Shown: positions 9,232 to 19,152, numbered from the stretch's first letter. The stretch is DNA of 64,000 bases from an uncultured delta proteobacterium (GCA_963835905.1 CAWIHG010000005.1:1396018-1460017); one strand, 5' to 3'. Translations and numbers: made by a program. The notes: generated from the sequence alone by a model not told the origin.

Positions 9232-9434
9232 TACGTGACAGGAAAAAAATGGGCCTACGGTGGGCATTTTACCAGCAGATCGGCCCTCGCCGCCACATCC
9301 CGTCTGCCCGATCGGCACCGCGAGGGCCTCCCCGGACTCGCGCAGAGCTTGAAACTTCTCAAAAGAAGGGTACAAAGAATTCGGTTCTGTTAAGAGGGGT
9401 ATCTGACGTATAATCGACCTCAAAGGAGCCAAGG

Positions 9435-9572
9435 ATGGGCGCGTTTCTCCTTGGATTGATTATCGGCGCTGGCGGAGCATTCCTGCTCTTCACCCTTGAC
9501 GAGGGCGAGGTGTTCCTGAAGATCGCCCGCCAGATCAAGCAGACCGCCGACAAGTTCAAGCAGTCGTCCTGA
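9435..9572 (+). CDS. Small membrane protein (45 aa)
   Basis: Strong RBS aaggag precedes ATG. MGAFLLGLIIGAGGAFLLFTLDEGEVFLKIARQIKQTADKFKQSS has a single TM helix. The stop lies 4 nt before the start of the downstream secreted protein. Confidence 0.45.
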   Translation: MGAFLLGLIIGAGGAFLLFTLDEGEVFLKIARQIKQTADKFKQSS

Positions 9573-9575
9573 GCG

Positions 9576-11024
9576 ATGGGCACGAACGGAAACCTCGGCG
9601 GCTCAGGCGCCGCACGCGCCTGGGTGCGAGCGTGCCGGTTAGCAGCGCGCGCCGCGGCGGTCTGCGTTGCGGCGCTGACGATGGTTGTACTGGTCCGAAC
9701 GGCGGCGCGGGCCGACAGCCCGCAGACCGTCGCGAGCGAACTAAGCGACCGCGCGTTCTCGATGCTCAATTCCATCAATGCGGCCCCCGCGGACACCGGT
9801 CCCCTGCTCGGCCCGGTGGCAAATCTCGCCAGCGACGCGCAGACGCTCAGCGCGGCGCTGGGTCGCGGCGACAGCGTAACCGCCGGGCGAGCGATGGCGG
9901 CGGTCCAGAAGGATCGAGGCGCCGTCGAGACGATGCTGCGCGCGGGAAACCATCTGCCCGATGCCGGGCAATGGAAGCTTATCGAGGGTCAGATCGCCGC
10001 GCTCGCCCGCAGCGTCCATCCGATCGCGGGGGCGATTGCGACCGGAGTGCCGCCCGAATCGACCGCTGCCAGCGCGGCCAAGTTTCCGCCCGAAGCGCCA
10101 CCGGCTCCGCAGGTGGTGATCGAGTCGCGCGCTTTCAGCGACGGCGCGGTCCGGGTGCGCGGATACATGCAGGGGACCGATCTCAAGTCGGCGGGAATTT
10201 TCAACAACGATCAGCTCGTCAAGCCGCTCGAATTCGGCAGCGCGAGCGGACCCGAACGCGTGCGCTTCGATCTCTCGATCGAAGCTCCGACCGCCAGCCA
10301 GTCCATCCAGGTGACCGACGCGCTCGACCGCATCGGGCGCGCGCCGGTTGCGCCCGACGTTGCGGCGCTGCCGAACACCCGCAGCGGCGGAGAGAAAGTG
10401 ATCGAGCTGGGCGGAGGAGTCGCCTCTGATTCGGTCGCGTCAGCGGGGCCGGGACTGCCGCCCGCGATGCCGGAAACCCGCAACAACACCGTCGAAATTC
10501 CGCCCGCCAATACCCTGGACAAATCCGAGGGCGGAACCGGACGCCGTCTTCCCGGCGGCGCGGGAGGCAACCTGACCGGCGTCCAGATCAACGTGATCTT
10601 CGCCGACGAGGTGATGGATCAGCCGGGCAACTTCCAGGTCGTAGGGCAGATTTCAGGCGGGGGCGTGCACCGGGCCGGGGTCTATGTTGACGGCCGGATG
10701 GTGCGGCCAATCCCGATCAGCCCCGGAAGCTACAGCGCCTTCGACGTGACCTTTCCGCTGATCGCGGGCAAAGAGGCCACCATTCGCGCATACGGGGTGG
10801 GCAGCAACTACGTGGAAGCATCGGTCGATAGCTCGGACATGGGAGCAACGGTCATGCGCGGTCCCACGATGTATCCGCCCAGTCCTTATCCCTACGGTAG
10901 TCCGTACGCGATGCGGCCAAATCCGTATGGCGCCCCGCCGCCGTATGGCTACGGATATCCGCCGCCCTACGGATATCCGCGGCCCGCGGCGCCCGCGCCG
11001 TGGTATCGCCGTCTGTTCCCGTAA
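9576..11024 (+). CDS. Secreted hypothetical protein with C-terminal Pro/Tyr/Gly-rich low-complexity tail
   Basis: N-terminal hydrophobic signal-like segment; C-terminus PYPYGSPYAMRPNPYGAPPPYGYGYPPPYGYPRPAAPAPWY. No recognised catalytic motif. Confidence 0.55.
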   Translation: MGTNGNLGGSGAARAWVRACRLAARAAAVCVAALTMVVLVRTAARADSPQTVASELSDRAFSMLNSINAAPADTGPLLGPVANLASDAQTLSAALGRGDSVTAGRAMAAVQKDRGAVETMLRAGNHLPDAGQWKLIEGQIAALARSVHPIAGAIATGVPPESTAASAAKFPPEAPPAPQVVIESRAFSDGAVRVRGYMQGTDLKSAGIFNNDQLVKPLEFGSASGPERVRFDLSIEAPTASQSIQVTDALDRIGRAPVAPDVAALPNTRSGGEKVIELGGGVASDSVASAGPGLPPAMPETRNNTVEIPPANTLDKSEGGTGRRLPGGAGGNLTGVQINVIFADEVMDQPGNFQVVGQISGGGVHRAGVYVDGRMVRPIPISPGSYSAFDVTFPLIAGKEATIRAYGVGSNYVEASVDSSDMGATVMRGPTMYPPSPYPYGSPYAMRPNPYGAPPPYGYGYPPPYGYPRPAAPAPWYRRLFP

Positions 11025-11118
11025 CCGAGTACGCGCCGGCGCTCCCGACCGCCTTGCTCCGGTATCGGTGCTTGGGTAGGCTTGCTAATTCAACCTTCTA
11101 ATCGAGAGTGCACAGGAA

Positions 11119-11682
11119 ATGCTGATTCAAGCGACGCAACTGCGCGTCGGCATGGTGCTGGAGTACAACAAGGATCTCTGGCGCGTTATGACCGTCACGC
11201 ACATCACGCCCGGCAACTGGCGCGGGATGGTGCAGACCAAGCTGCGCAACCTCAAGACCGGCTCCCAGACCGAAAACCGCTTCCGCTCTGAAGATCGCGT
11301 CGAACGCGTGATCCTGAGCCAGGTCAAGATGCAGTTCCTGTATCAGGATGGCGACGATTACCATTTCATGAACACCGAGACGTACGACCAGATCACGATC
11401 CCCAAGGATCTGATCGAGGACGTGGCCGGATTCCTGACCCCCAACCTCGAAGTCGAAGTCGAGTTTCATGAAACCACGCCGCTCAACATCACGCTGCCCA
11501 AGACCATCACGCTCAAGGTGGTGGAGACCGACCCCGGCATTAAGTCCGCCGCGGTGACCAACACGCTCAAGCCCGCCACGCTGGAGAGCGGGATGGTAAT
11601 CCAGGTGCCTCATTTCGTGGCCGCGGGCGACACGATCACGATCAATACCGAGACCAAAGAATACGTGTCGCGCTCCAAGTGA
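11119..11682 (+). CDS. efp: Elongation factor P
   Basis: 187 aa MLIQATQLRVGMVLEYNKDLWRV...GMVQTKLRNLKTG; near-canonical EF-P. Confidence 0.9.
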   Translation: MLIQATQLRVGMVLEYNKDLWRVMTVTHITPGNWRGMVQTKLRNLKTGSQTENRFRSEDRVERVILSQVKMQFLYQDGDDYHFMNTETYDQITIPKDLIEDVAGFLTPNLEVEVEFHETTPLNITLPKTITLKVVETDPGIKSAAVTNTLKPATLESGMVIQVPHFVAAGDTITINTETKEYVSRSK

Positions 11683-12920
11683 GAGCGCGCGGACGCGGCG
11701 CTGGCGCTGGGCGCGACCGCCATCCCCCGCGCACGCGTGAGCGCGTAAAGCCGCCGCGCGGGCGCGCCGAGCTGCCCCGCAAGCGTGAGCGCGTAAGGCC
11801 TCCCGAGCGCGAGGTGCGCGCGCCGCGCCCGATTCGCCTGTTTCCCGACACCTACGTCGTCCACACCCAGCCCGGACTCGAAGGCGTCGCGTTTAGCGAG
11901 GTAGCGGCGCGCGTGCCCGGTGCGCGCGAGTCGGGCCGCCGCGTGGTTCCGGAGCGGGCCGGGATGACGATCTTCACGGCGCCGCGGCCCGACGCATTGA
12001 GCGCGCTCCGATGCGCCGAAGACGTGTTCGCGCTGGCCGGTTATCGCGCGGGACTCGACGCGGACAAATCCTCGCTCGACCGGATTCGCGCCGCGGCGCG
12101 CGAAGCGCCGTTCGTGCAGGAGGCGCTCGATGCCCGAGTTCGGTTCCTGCGCGGAGTGCGTGCGGGACGCCGCCTGCGGTTCCGCGTCGTTGCGCGGCAG
12201 GCGGGCGAGCATGAGTTTCGCCGCGTCGATTTGCAGCACGCCGTCGAGCGCGGAATCCAGGAGCGGCCCGATCATACCTGGCGGCTGGACGAGCCGGCGG
12301 CCGACCTCGAGGTCTGGGCCACGATGATCGGCACCGAGCTGTTCCTCGCGATCCGGCTGAGCGACGACACGATGCGCCATCGCGAGTACAAGACCGCGCA
12401 TCTTCCCGGCTCGCTGCGGCCGGCCGCCGCCGCGGCGCTCGCGTGGCTTTCCGATCCGGACTATCGCGACGTGGTGCTCGATCCTTTCTGCGGCGCAGGC
12501 ACGGTTCTGATCGAGCGGGCGCATCTGGGGCGCTACGCGCGGCTGATCGGGAGCGATCGCGACCCGGCGGCGATTCGCGCGGCGCGCGCCAACGTCGGCC
12601 CGCGCTACAAACCGATCGATCTCCAGGGATGGGACGCGGGCGCGATCCCGCTTGGCGACGCGAGCGTCAACGCGATCATCGCCAACCTGCCCTGGGGCGC
12701 GCGCTACTCAACCCACGGCGAGAATCGGCGGCTTTATCCCGACTGGATGGCGGAGTTCGACCGCCTGCTCGCGGCGGGAGGCCGGATGGTGCTGCTGACG
12801 TCGGAGTGGAGAATCATGCAGAACATGATCTCGCGCGGACGAATCCGGCCCGAGAAGATCATCCGCGCCAATATCCTGGGCGCGCCAGCGTCGGTGTACG
12901 TCTGCAGAAAAGCGCGATGA
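11679..12920 (+). CDS. THUMP-domain RNA methyltransferase (N6-adenine/N2-guanine class)
   Basis: SAM motif DPFCGAGT and catalytic NLPWG (DPPY-like). Basic N-terminal extension with a 20-bp tandem repeat (RERVKPP/RERVRPP). GTG start overlaps the efp stop; start uncertain. Confidence 0.65.
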   Translation: MRARGRGAGAGRDRHPPRTRERVKPPRGRAELPRKRERVRPPEREVRAPRPIRLFPDTYVVHTQPGLEGVAFSEVAARVPGARESGRRVVPERAGMTIFTAPRPDALSALRCAEDVFALAGYRAGLDADKSSLDRIRAAAREAPFVQEALDARVRFLRGVRAGRRLRFRVVARQAGEHEFRRVDLQHAVERGIQERPDHTWRLDEPAADLEVWATMIGTELFLAIRLSDDTMRHREYKTAHLPGSLRPAAAAALAWLSDPDYRDVVLDPFCGAGTVLIERAHLGRYARLIGSDRDPAAIRAARANVGPRYKPIDLQGWDAGAIPLGDASVNAIIANLPWGARYSTHGENRRLYPDWMAEFDRLLAAGGRMVLLTSEWRIMQNMISRGRIRPEKIIRANILGAPASVYVCRKAR

Positions 12921-13070
12921 CCGCGGCGCGCGCCAGCGCATCCGCCCGATAGCGGCGGCCCGCAAAACAGGTATCGACAATCACGCGATCGACGGCGCCG
13001 TCGGCGAGCCCCGCTCGCTCAGGGTGGCCGCTCGGACGCGCCTCGCGGTTGGCTCAGACACGCCTCGCGG

Positions 13071-14444
13071 TCACTTGGGCGCGACGGGTGAAAAATACGC
13101 GAGCGTGCCGTGCGCGAGGTTGCGCGCGTCTTTCCCGTCGATCGGCATCACCCACACTGCCGGGGGCGGCACCGTGCCGAGCGATTTGTCGGGCTCAACC
13201 AGCAGCCGAACGCCCGCGAAAACAATCGCGCTCGAATCGGGCGACCAGATAGTATGGGAGAGCGCGAACTGATCGAAGAAGCGATAGGAAATCGCTTCCT
13301 CGTCGGTGGAGAGAAAACGAGTGACGTGGGTGCTCTTGCCGGTCTTCAGATCGATCACCACCCACCAGTAGTAGGGCTTCTCCTTCGGCACCGCGATGTA
13401 GGCCAGGTAGCGCCCGTTGGGCGAAACGAAATATGCGTCAACCGGATCCTTGGTCAGCACACGCGAGGCTGCGGTGGCGATGTCCACCAGCCGGATTCCC
13501 GCGTACACCGGATCATGCGGCACCGTGGTGGTCGAGTAGACGATATGGGCCGAGTCGGGCAACCACTCGAAGCTGTTGTCACCCACCGGCAGGCTGACGA
13601 TCGAATGCGGATGGCTCCCGTCGGCGTCGGCAACCACCAGGTTGGCCTCCACGTTGTAGTTGGCGACGTAGGCGAGATGTTTTCCGTCGGGCGACCAGCT
13701 CGGGGTCATGAACGGTGAGCGTCCGTGCGACAGTATCTTGTCCACCTGCTGGTTGGTTTCCGTCAGGCTCATCAGGGAGACGCGCTCGCTGGTTTCGGGA
13801 TCGGAGCCGGCGGTGTGCACCACCAGGCGGTCTGCCGTGGCGTTCCAGTCGAAGTAAAGCGGCATCCCGGTCATCACGATTCGAATCGGCGCGGTCTTCT
13901 CCACCTGCGCGAGCATCAGGCTCAGCCCCTTGGGCTCGGCAAGCAGGAAGGAGAGATGCTGACTGTCGGCGAGCCATTGCAGGTAGATCACCCGCTCGTT
14001 GGCGCTCTGGAAGATTTGCCTGGCGCCACGACGATGGAGATCGTACACCCACAGGCCGAACTGGCGGCCTTTCTGGTCTTCGATAGCCGACGAATAGGCG
14101 AGTTTCGATCCGTCGGGCGAAAACGTGGGCCATCCGTAATGCAGGCGGCGCTTGGACTCGCTGCCACCACCCATCGCCACGGGAATGAACCCGGGGGCGC
14201 GGCGCACCTGGGTGCCTTCGGACGGGCAGGTCAGGCATTGCGGCTTGGCCGATACCTGCGGGAGGTAATAGATCTGGTCGTCGATGCCGACGTATCCGAT
14301 TGCTCCGGACGGTGTTGCCGCGAGCGCAAATCCGCCGCACAGGAAGATCAAGGCGATCGGGGCGGCGAGTTGAAGCGCCGCGCGAGCGAACCTCCCCCAA
14401 AGACGAGTCATCGTTGACCAGAATTGCGCCGCAGGTACCATCAA
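13071..14444 (-). CDS. TolB-like / WD40-like beta-propeller (PD40) periplasmic protein
   Basis: Signal peptide, then repeated PD40 motifs FSPDGSKLAY, WSPDGKHLAY, VSPNGRYLAY, WSPDSSAIVF. Confidence 0.75.
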   Translation of the reverse strand: MMVPAAQFWSTMTRLWGRFARAALQLAAPIALIFLCGGFALAATPSGAIGYVGIDDQIYYLPQVSAKPQCLTCPSEGTQVRRAPGFIPVAMGGGSESKRRLHYGWPTFSPDGSKLAYSSAIEDQKGRQFGLWVYDLHRRGARQIFQSANERVIYLQWLADSQHLSFLLAEPKGLSLMLAQVEKTAPIRIVMTGMPLYFDWNATADRLVVHTAGSDPETSERVSLMSLTETNQQVDKILSHGRSPFMTPSWSPDGKHLAYVANYNVEANLVVADADGSHPHSIVSLPVGDNSFEWLPDSAHIVYSTTTVPHDPVYAGIRLVDIATAASRVLTKDPVDAYFVSPNGRYLAYIAVPKEKPYYWWVVIDLKTGKSTHVTRFLSTDEEAISYRFFDQFALSHTIWSPDSSAIVFAGVRLLVEPDKSLGTVPPPAVWVMPIDGKDARNLAHGTLAYFSPVAPK

Positions 14445-14542
14445 CGCAAGCGCAATCTGGGATGAGATGCTGTGACCGGCGGCAACCCCGGCAGTCGCGC
14501 CACGGTTGACAGCACGCGTCGATCGCGCACAGAGTTTAGCCC

Positions 14543-14986
14543 ATGAGGCGGGCAGCAGCAGTTCTATTGGCAGCGGTCCTGATGCTGGCGCCTGCGCTGG
14601 CCAACGCGCAGGAAGACCGGATGGATTCGCAGCATCCCAACGAATACACCGACGAAGACTCGCAGCCGCTCAAGCTGGTCAGCTACGTGCTCGCGCCGGT
14701 GGGCTTCCTGCTCGAATGGACGGTGGCGCGTCCGCTCCATTACCTCGCCGACGAGTCGCCGCTGGCGCCGGTGCTGGGCGCGAATACCGATTCCGAAGGC
14801 CTCTCGCCGCCCAATGTGCCGCCGCTTCCGCCGCCCGACGTCATCACGGAGAGCAACGAGCATATCGAGACCACCATCGTTCCCGCTCCGGAGAGCGCGG
14901 TTGGATACCAGACCAAGCCCCCATCGGCACAATCCGCGCCGTCCGTGGCGACACCGCCATCATCGTCGCAATCCGTGATGCACTAG
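14543..14986 (+). CDS. Secreted Pro-rich hypothetical protein
   Basis: Signal peptide MRRAAAVLLAAVLMLAPALANA. No known domain. Confidence 0.5.
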   Translation: MRRAAAVLLAAVLMLAPALANAQEDRMDSQHPNEYTDEDSQPLKLVSYVLAPVGFLLEWTVARPLHYLADESPLAPVLGANTDSEGLSPPNVPPLPPPDVITESNEHIETTIVPAPESAVGYQTKPPSAQSAPSVATPPSSSQSVMH

Positions 14987-15040
14987 CCGCGCGCGTTGCG
15001 AGAGCTACCGCCGCCGATCGCCGAGCTTGCTCAAAGTACC

Positions 15041-15092
15041 GCAGCTTTAGCCTGTGGGTGCTTGCTCCGAATGGCACAGGCTTTAGCCTGTG
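15041..15092. repeat. Clustered hairpins (agcctgtg / cacaggct x3) at the left edge of the low-GC island
   Basis: Seen in sequence: agcctgtg-N18-cacaggct-tt-agcctgtg, and nearby ccccttcgc direct repeats. GC content drops from here. Confidence 0.35.
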
Positions 15093-15341
15093 AAGCCAGC
15101 AGTGCATCAGTCACCCCCTCCTGTATCCTCCCCCGTGTCGAAAAACGGTGGAGGAAAGGAATTGCAAGCGCGCATCCTGCTCCCCTTCGCGAAGCTCCTT
15201 TTTTCCCCTTCGCCCCCATTATTTTCATGGGGGAGAATCCAAGAGGGGGTGCCCGCACGCTCCGACGAACTGGCAGGATCGGTAACACTTTAATCCGGCA
15301 GCCTAGGTGACAGGCTCCGGCGCTCCGCCTGCGAGGCGGCA

Positions 15342-16382
15342 CTAAGCTCTGAATTCAGGATTCTCAGGCAGCGGCGCGACGGCGGCGCCTGGAAACTGAA
15401 CCAGGTCGGTTCGCCACCAGACCAGAAAGGTCTCGAAGTCCAACGCGTCGACGGCCAAGCCGACCAAATTCTCCGCCAACACGTCAACGTCCCGATCATC
15501 CAAAGTCGCTCGCTTAGGGGAATTGGAACGGTAGAAGTAGAGTATGAACCCCGGATACAGTGCAGTATGCGGCGGCAAGTCGTTTATCTCCGCCTGGCTC
15601 CCGGAGGGTCCGCTCGGCTCCGTTCCCGGCATACCGTTTGAAATCACCAGATTTCTCTCAGAATCGTCGTCCGGTTGGCCCGGGATCCACAAAGCATACG
15701 CTGGGCTGACGACTTTGGACTGCCGGTCAAGCCGAAGGAACCTCCCAACGGCATCGTCGAGCAGGGTGTTGGGGTTCAGGGGATAACCAAGTCCATCTTC
15801 CGGACACGAATGCTCCCAGTCGTCTATCATCTCCGGCTGCGCGTCGTCCGGTAATATCGCGAAGAAGCTCCCCTTCAATATATCTATTCTCTCGCGCACC
15901 TTTTCGCGGACGAAGCTGCCCGTCAGTTGCTCTAATAGATACTCCGCCGCTTTGTCGGATTCGTTCACCGGATGCCAGACAAGCCTGGTCCTTTGAGGAT
16001 AATGGACAGTGCTGGTTACGTCATCGATAAGGTACCGCACTCCGACCTTTAGGCCGCTCAGGCGGCGCAGTATTTCTGGCGGTAGGTCGAGGTCCACATC
16101 GGGATCGTCAATCCAGCAGTCGATAGTGACTCGCTTGCCGATGGGAAGTTCTTCTACGCCGCTTTGTCGCGCTTCCAGAAAATCACACCAATACTCAATC
16201 TGGGCGCCGGGGCGCATCGTGGTCCTGAGTGAAGCATCGATGTGTCGTATCCACAATCCCGTAAAGAATTTGACGTTATCGGCACGCTCCATCCAGTCGC
16301 TGTCGACGCCCAGGACCTTCGAGACGTAGTCGGGGTCGACTCCTTCAACCCGCAACGAAACTCGGCTGTACTGCTGTTTCAT
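15342..16382 (-). CDS. Hypothetical protein (346 aa), possibly tandem DUF4279-like
   Basis: Lower GC (~55%). The N-terminus VSLRVEGVDPDYVSKVLGV resembles DUF4279-type proteins by recollection. Its start overlaps the end of rhs fragment 3. Confidence 0.55.
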   Translation of the reverse strand: MKQQYSRVSLRVEGVDPDYVSKVLGVDSDWMERADNVKFFTGLWIRHIDASLRTTMRPGAQIEYWCDFLEARQSGVEELPIGKRVTIDCWIDDPDVDLDLPPEILRRLSGLKVGVRYLIDDVTSTVHYPQRTRLVWHPVNESDKAAEYLLEQLTGSFVREKVRERIDILKGSFFAILPDDAQPEMIDDWEHSCPEDGLGYPLNPNTLLDDAVGRFLRLDRQSKVVSPAYALWIPGQPDDDSERNLVISNGMPGTEPSGPSGSQAEINDLPPHTALYPGFILYFYRSNSPKRATLDDRDVDVLAENLVGLAVDALDFETFLVWWRTDLVQFPGAAVAPLPENPEFRA

Positions 16383-16700
16383 GATCCTGCAAGGCCAGCG
16401 CCGCGACCATCAGCGTCGCGATACTGCCGCTCGAATTCACAAGAGCAATCGTACTGCCGAGCGCATCACGCAGCAACGCTACGCTTCCCGTCGAATCGGT
16501 GCTCACAAACCCGTCATCAAGCCACAACCCCGACAGAATGTCGATCTTTCCGCTGATCGATGACTGCACCCGCGCCGCGTTGATCCCGTCGTTCACGTAA
16601 TTGTCGATGATTGTCCCGGTGTTCTGCTGGACCCTTCTGCCCAGCGCGTCGTACCTTGTTTGTGCGGCGGACGAGAGTATCTGAGCGGGACGTGCTCTGA
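16345..16700 (-). pseudogene. Orphan rhs fragment 3 (YD-repeat / core region only, no start, truncated)
   Basis: Translation ...TRYDALGRRVQQNTGTIIDNYVNDGINAARVQSSISGKIDILSGLWLDDGFVSTDSTGSVALLRDALGSTIALVNSSGSIATL then runs out of frame; the expected YEPFG...NPY...RARYY...DPxGL tail is missing. Confidence 0.55.
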
Positions 16701-16873
16701 CCGCAGAACCGCAGATCTGCCGGAGATACGCTCTCGATGTGGACCTATCTCTGGGTGTAGGTCAGGGGTGCGGACCGTTTCCACGCGCCGCCTTCTAACC
16801 GCGGATCGCTCCGCCAATCGCGTAGGCATGAGCGAACTGAGGCGTTAAAGATTCCGCGTCTGACTGCTCCTAC

Positions 16874-17377
16874 TCAAGCGGCCCAGCTCAACACGAGAAT
16901 TATCAACAGCGCCGCTACCACGGCCCACGCGAAGGCACTGGCGAGAGCGTCAAACTCCAGCGGGCCATGAAACGTTCCCATGGTGTTCATAAAACTGACC
17001 TCAACTGGCCCAAAGTTGAGGGTGTCACCACCCCTGATTCGCGTACTCCGCTCAATCCGCCGTCCGTTGATAAAGGTTCCGCGCGTCGAACCCAGATCCT
17101 CGACAAAATATCGATCGAGAAACCGCCGCGTAATTTTGGCATGATGCGCGGCGACTTGAGGATCCGCGATCAGCACGCCGCAGTCACTCGCACTGCCAAT
17201 CAGCGTCTCACGCCAGCCGAGGGTGTGTTCGTGGCGGCCTGAACCGTCGATCCTCAGCAAGTACGTCGGTTTTTCCTCGGGTGGGCGAGGACCATCATAG
17301 CCAGGGATGGGCCTCAAACCGAACCGACCGGGAGGACCGGTGGCTTGCTGAGACCGATTATGGCGATATTTACCCAT
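16874..17377 (-). CDS. FHA-domain protein with C-terminal transmembrane anchor
   Basis: FHA signature GSASDCGVLIADPQVAAHHAKI...VEDLGSTRGTFINGRRIE...GDTLNFGPV, and C-terminal helix FAWAVVAALLIILVLSWAA. Confidence 0.65.
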   Translation of the reverse strand: MGKYRHNRSQQATGPPGRFGLRPIPGYDGPRPPEEKPTYLLRIDGSGRHEHTLGWRETLIGSASDCGVLIADPQVAAHHAKITRRFLDRYFVEDLGSTRGTFINGRRIERSTRIRGGDTLNFGPVEVSFMNTMGTFHGPLEFDALASAFAWAVVAALLIILVLSWAA

Positions 17378-17525
17378 ATAATATAAAGAACGCGCGATCG
17401 CTGACGTTTGCTATTGCTAATGTGAGGTTCTTCCGGAGAACTCTCCCCATATCGCCTTGCGCGCAAAGAGGAACATGCGCTTGTCTTCGCTTTCTCCGAG
17501 CACAGACTTCCGGAAAGTCGACTGC

Positions 17526-18077
17526 TCACGCAGCCGCGCCGGATTTGCCGCTGACTCCGGACTTGTGGGCGCTATGTCTCACTTTGAACGGTACAATGAT
17601 TCCAATTGCACAAATAGCTCCGACTGCGATCAGGGGCCAACTCTGCAGTGCTAGCCCTTCCACAATGCCGACAGTCGCAAGCGCGGCGGATCCAATTCCA
17701 ATCGGAACTGCCCGACGTTCCTTCGGTACAAGGCGCAGCCAGAGAGCGACAATGAAGGCGGTCGTCGAAAGCGGAACCACTGCTAAGTGATCCTCGGTTA
17801 GAAGAAATACCGCCAGCGCCAGTCCTGATAACGAGAACAGGAAGCCGATCGCCTCGATGACTAAACGAAACGTCAGCGAGGAAGAGGTGCGCATCTGCCA
17901 TCCAAGCGAAAGGCCCACAACCCCGCCTAGTGCGCTTGAACCGGCAAGTATCGGCAATTCGGCGGCCCCGGCGACACTCCAGAAGCAATAACCGATCACT
18001 GCTCCGACCAGCACGCCTACGGAAACGAGTCCAGCCAAAAACGCAATATCACGGTTCTCCTCGTTCATCGTGGGCAC
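17526..18077 (-). CDS. Multi-TM membrane protein, candidate immunity protein for the upstream rhs-tip toxin
   Basis: 183 aa with about five predicted TM helices. Lies immediately downstream of the orphan toxin domain and has low GC. Confidence 0.5.
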   Translation of the reverse strand: MPTMNEENRDIAFLAGLVSVGVLVGAVIGYCFWSVAGAAELPILAGSSALGGVVGLSLGWQMRTSSSLTFRLVIEAIGFLFSLSGLALAVFLLTEDHLAVVPLSTTAFIVALWLRLVPKERRAVPIGIGSAALATVGIVEGLALQSWPLIAVGAICAIGIIVPFKVRHSAHKSGVSGKSGAAA

Positions 18078-18134
18078 CTCCTCAGCTGAGCACGCTTACT
18101 TCCGCGGCGAGTGTCGCTTGATCTCCGAACGGAG

Positions 18135-19105
18135 TTAGGGGCTGGGAGCCGCCGGTCCTGCTATTCCGGGGGCACCTGCAGCACCTTGAAAGAGCATTGA
18201 ATCTATAAGCCCGTCTTCAACGATTGCGACGGTGGCGCCCACGGCCATTCCGAGGAGCACACCTATCGCGATACCGGGCAGGCCCCCGATCTCACCAATG
18301 GCGGCGCCGATTTCGGCAAACTCCTCGATGTCTAGAGGTATCAGTGCGGCGCGGGCGAAGAGCTGCCCAGTCGAGGGCTGAATGCCAGAAAGGCTGCCGG
18401 GTGCGCCGACGCTCGGTCCCGACACAGCGGCCATCTCGCCTGCCCCGATGCCCGCGTCTGCCTCGGCAACGCCAAGCGGGGAGTTGGCTCCGGATTGCGC
18501 GGCTTCGTATGCAGCGATCTGGCCCGCAGTATCATTCTCAGATGAATCGCCTCCTGAACCGCCGCCTCCAGTAGCCGAGTTGTTTCCGCCTGCACCTCCA
18601 GCGCCGGGGCCCGAGTGGACCCACTCCCAACCGTTAAAGGTTTTCACGGCAGCCCACGCGTCGTCGGCCGATCCTCCGCCGCGACCCGTGGGGTCTGTGA
18701 GCTTCGTCGGAGCGTCCCCGACATACGCGAAGAAATTGGGCTGGCCGCCGCCGAGTCCCAGCGGGTCGGACGAGATGAAGCGGCTGCGAGGCGCGCCCGA
18801 GCAGCCGTCCTGAGCCGCCCGGCGAAGGACCCCCACAGCGGATTGTAATAGCGCGCGCGCATGAAGTAGAGCCCGCTTTGATCCAACTCGCGCCCCGCAA
18901 ACGCGTAAGGATTCGTCGTCGATGCGCCGCTGGTCGAGGTCTTGCCGAACGGCTCATACGTGTCTTGGGTGGCCAGACTTCCGCCCGAGTTCACGAGCCC
19001 GATCGTACTGCCGAGCGCGTCGCGCAGCAACGCCACGCTTCCCGTGGAATCGGTGCTCGCAATTTCATCATGCGGTGACAGAACTGAGGAGCCTTGGTCG
19101 AGCAT
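18135..19105 (-). pseudogene. Orphan rhs C-terminal tip 2 with Gly-rich toxin domain (frameshifted)
   Basis: Frame 1 gives STDSTGSVALLRDALGSTIGLVNSGGSLATQDTYEPFGKTSTSGASTTNPYAFAGRELDQSGLYFMRARYYNPLWGSF. A frame switch then gives RFISSDPLGLGGGQPNFFAYVGDAPTKLTDPTGR plus a ~190-aa Gly-rich domain ending in a glycine-zipper helix GLPGIAIGVLLGMAVGATVAIV. Confidence 0.6.
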
Positions 19106-19152
19106 TCGGTGGCCGCCAGGCGTTGCGGCTATCGCGGGGAGGGACGATACGA

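Noticed and set aside
16715-16728. Palindrome gcagatctgc inside rhs fragment 3
   Set aside because: Only 10 bp (a BglII-site core). Expected by chance within coding-derived sequence.
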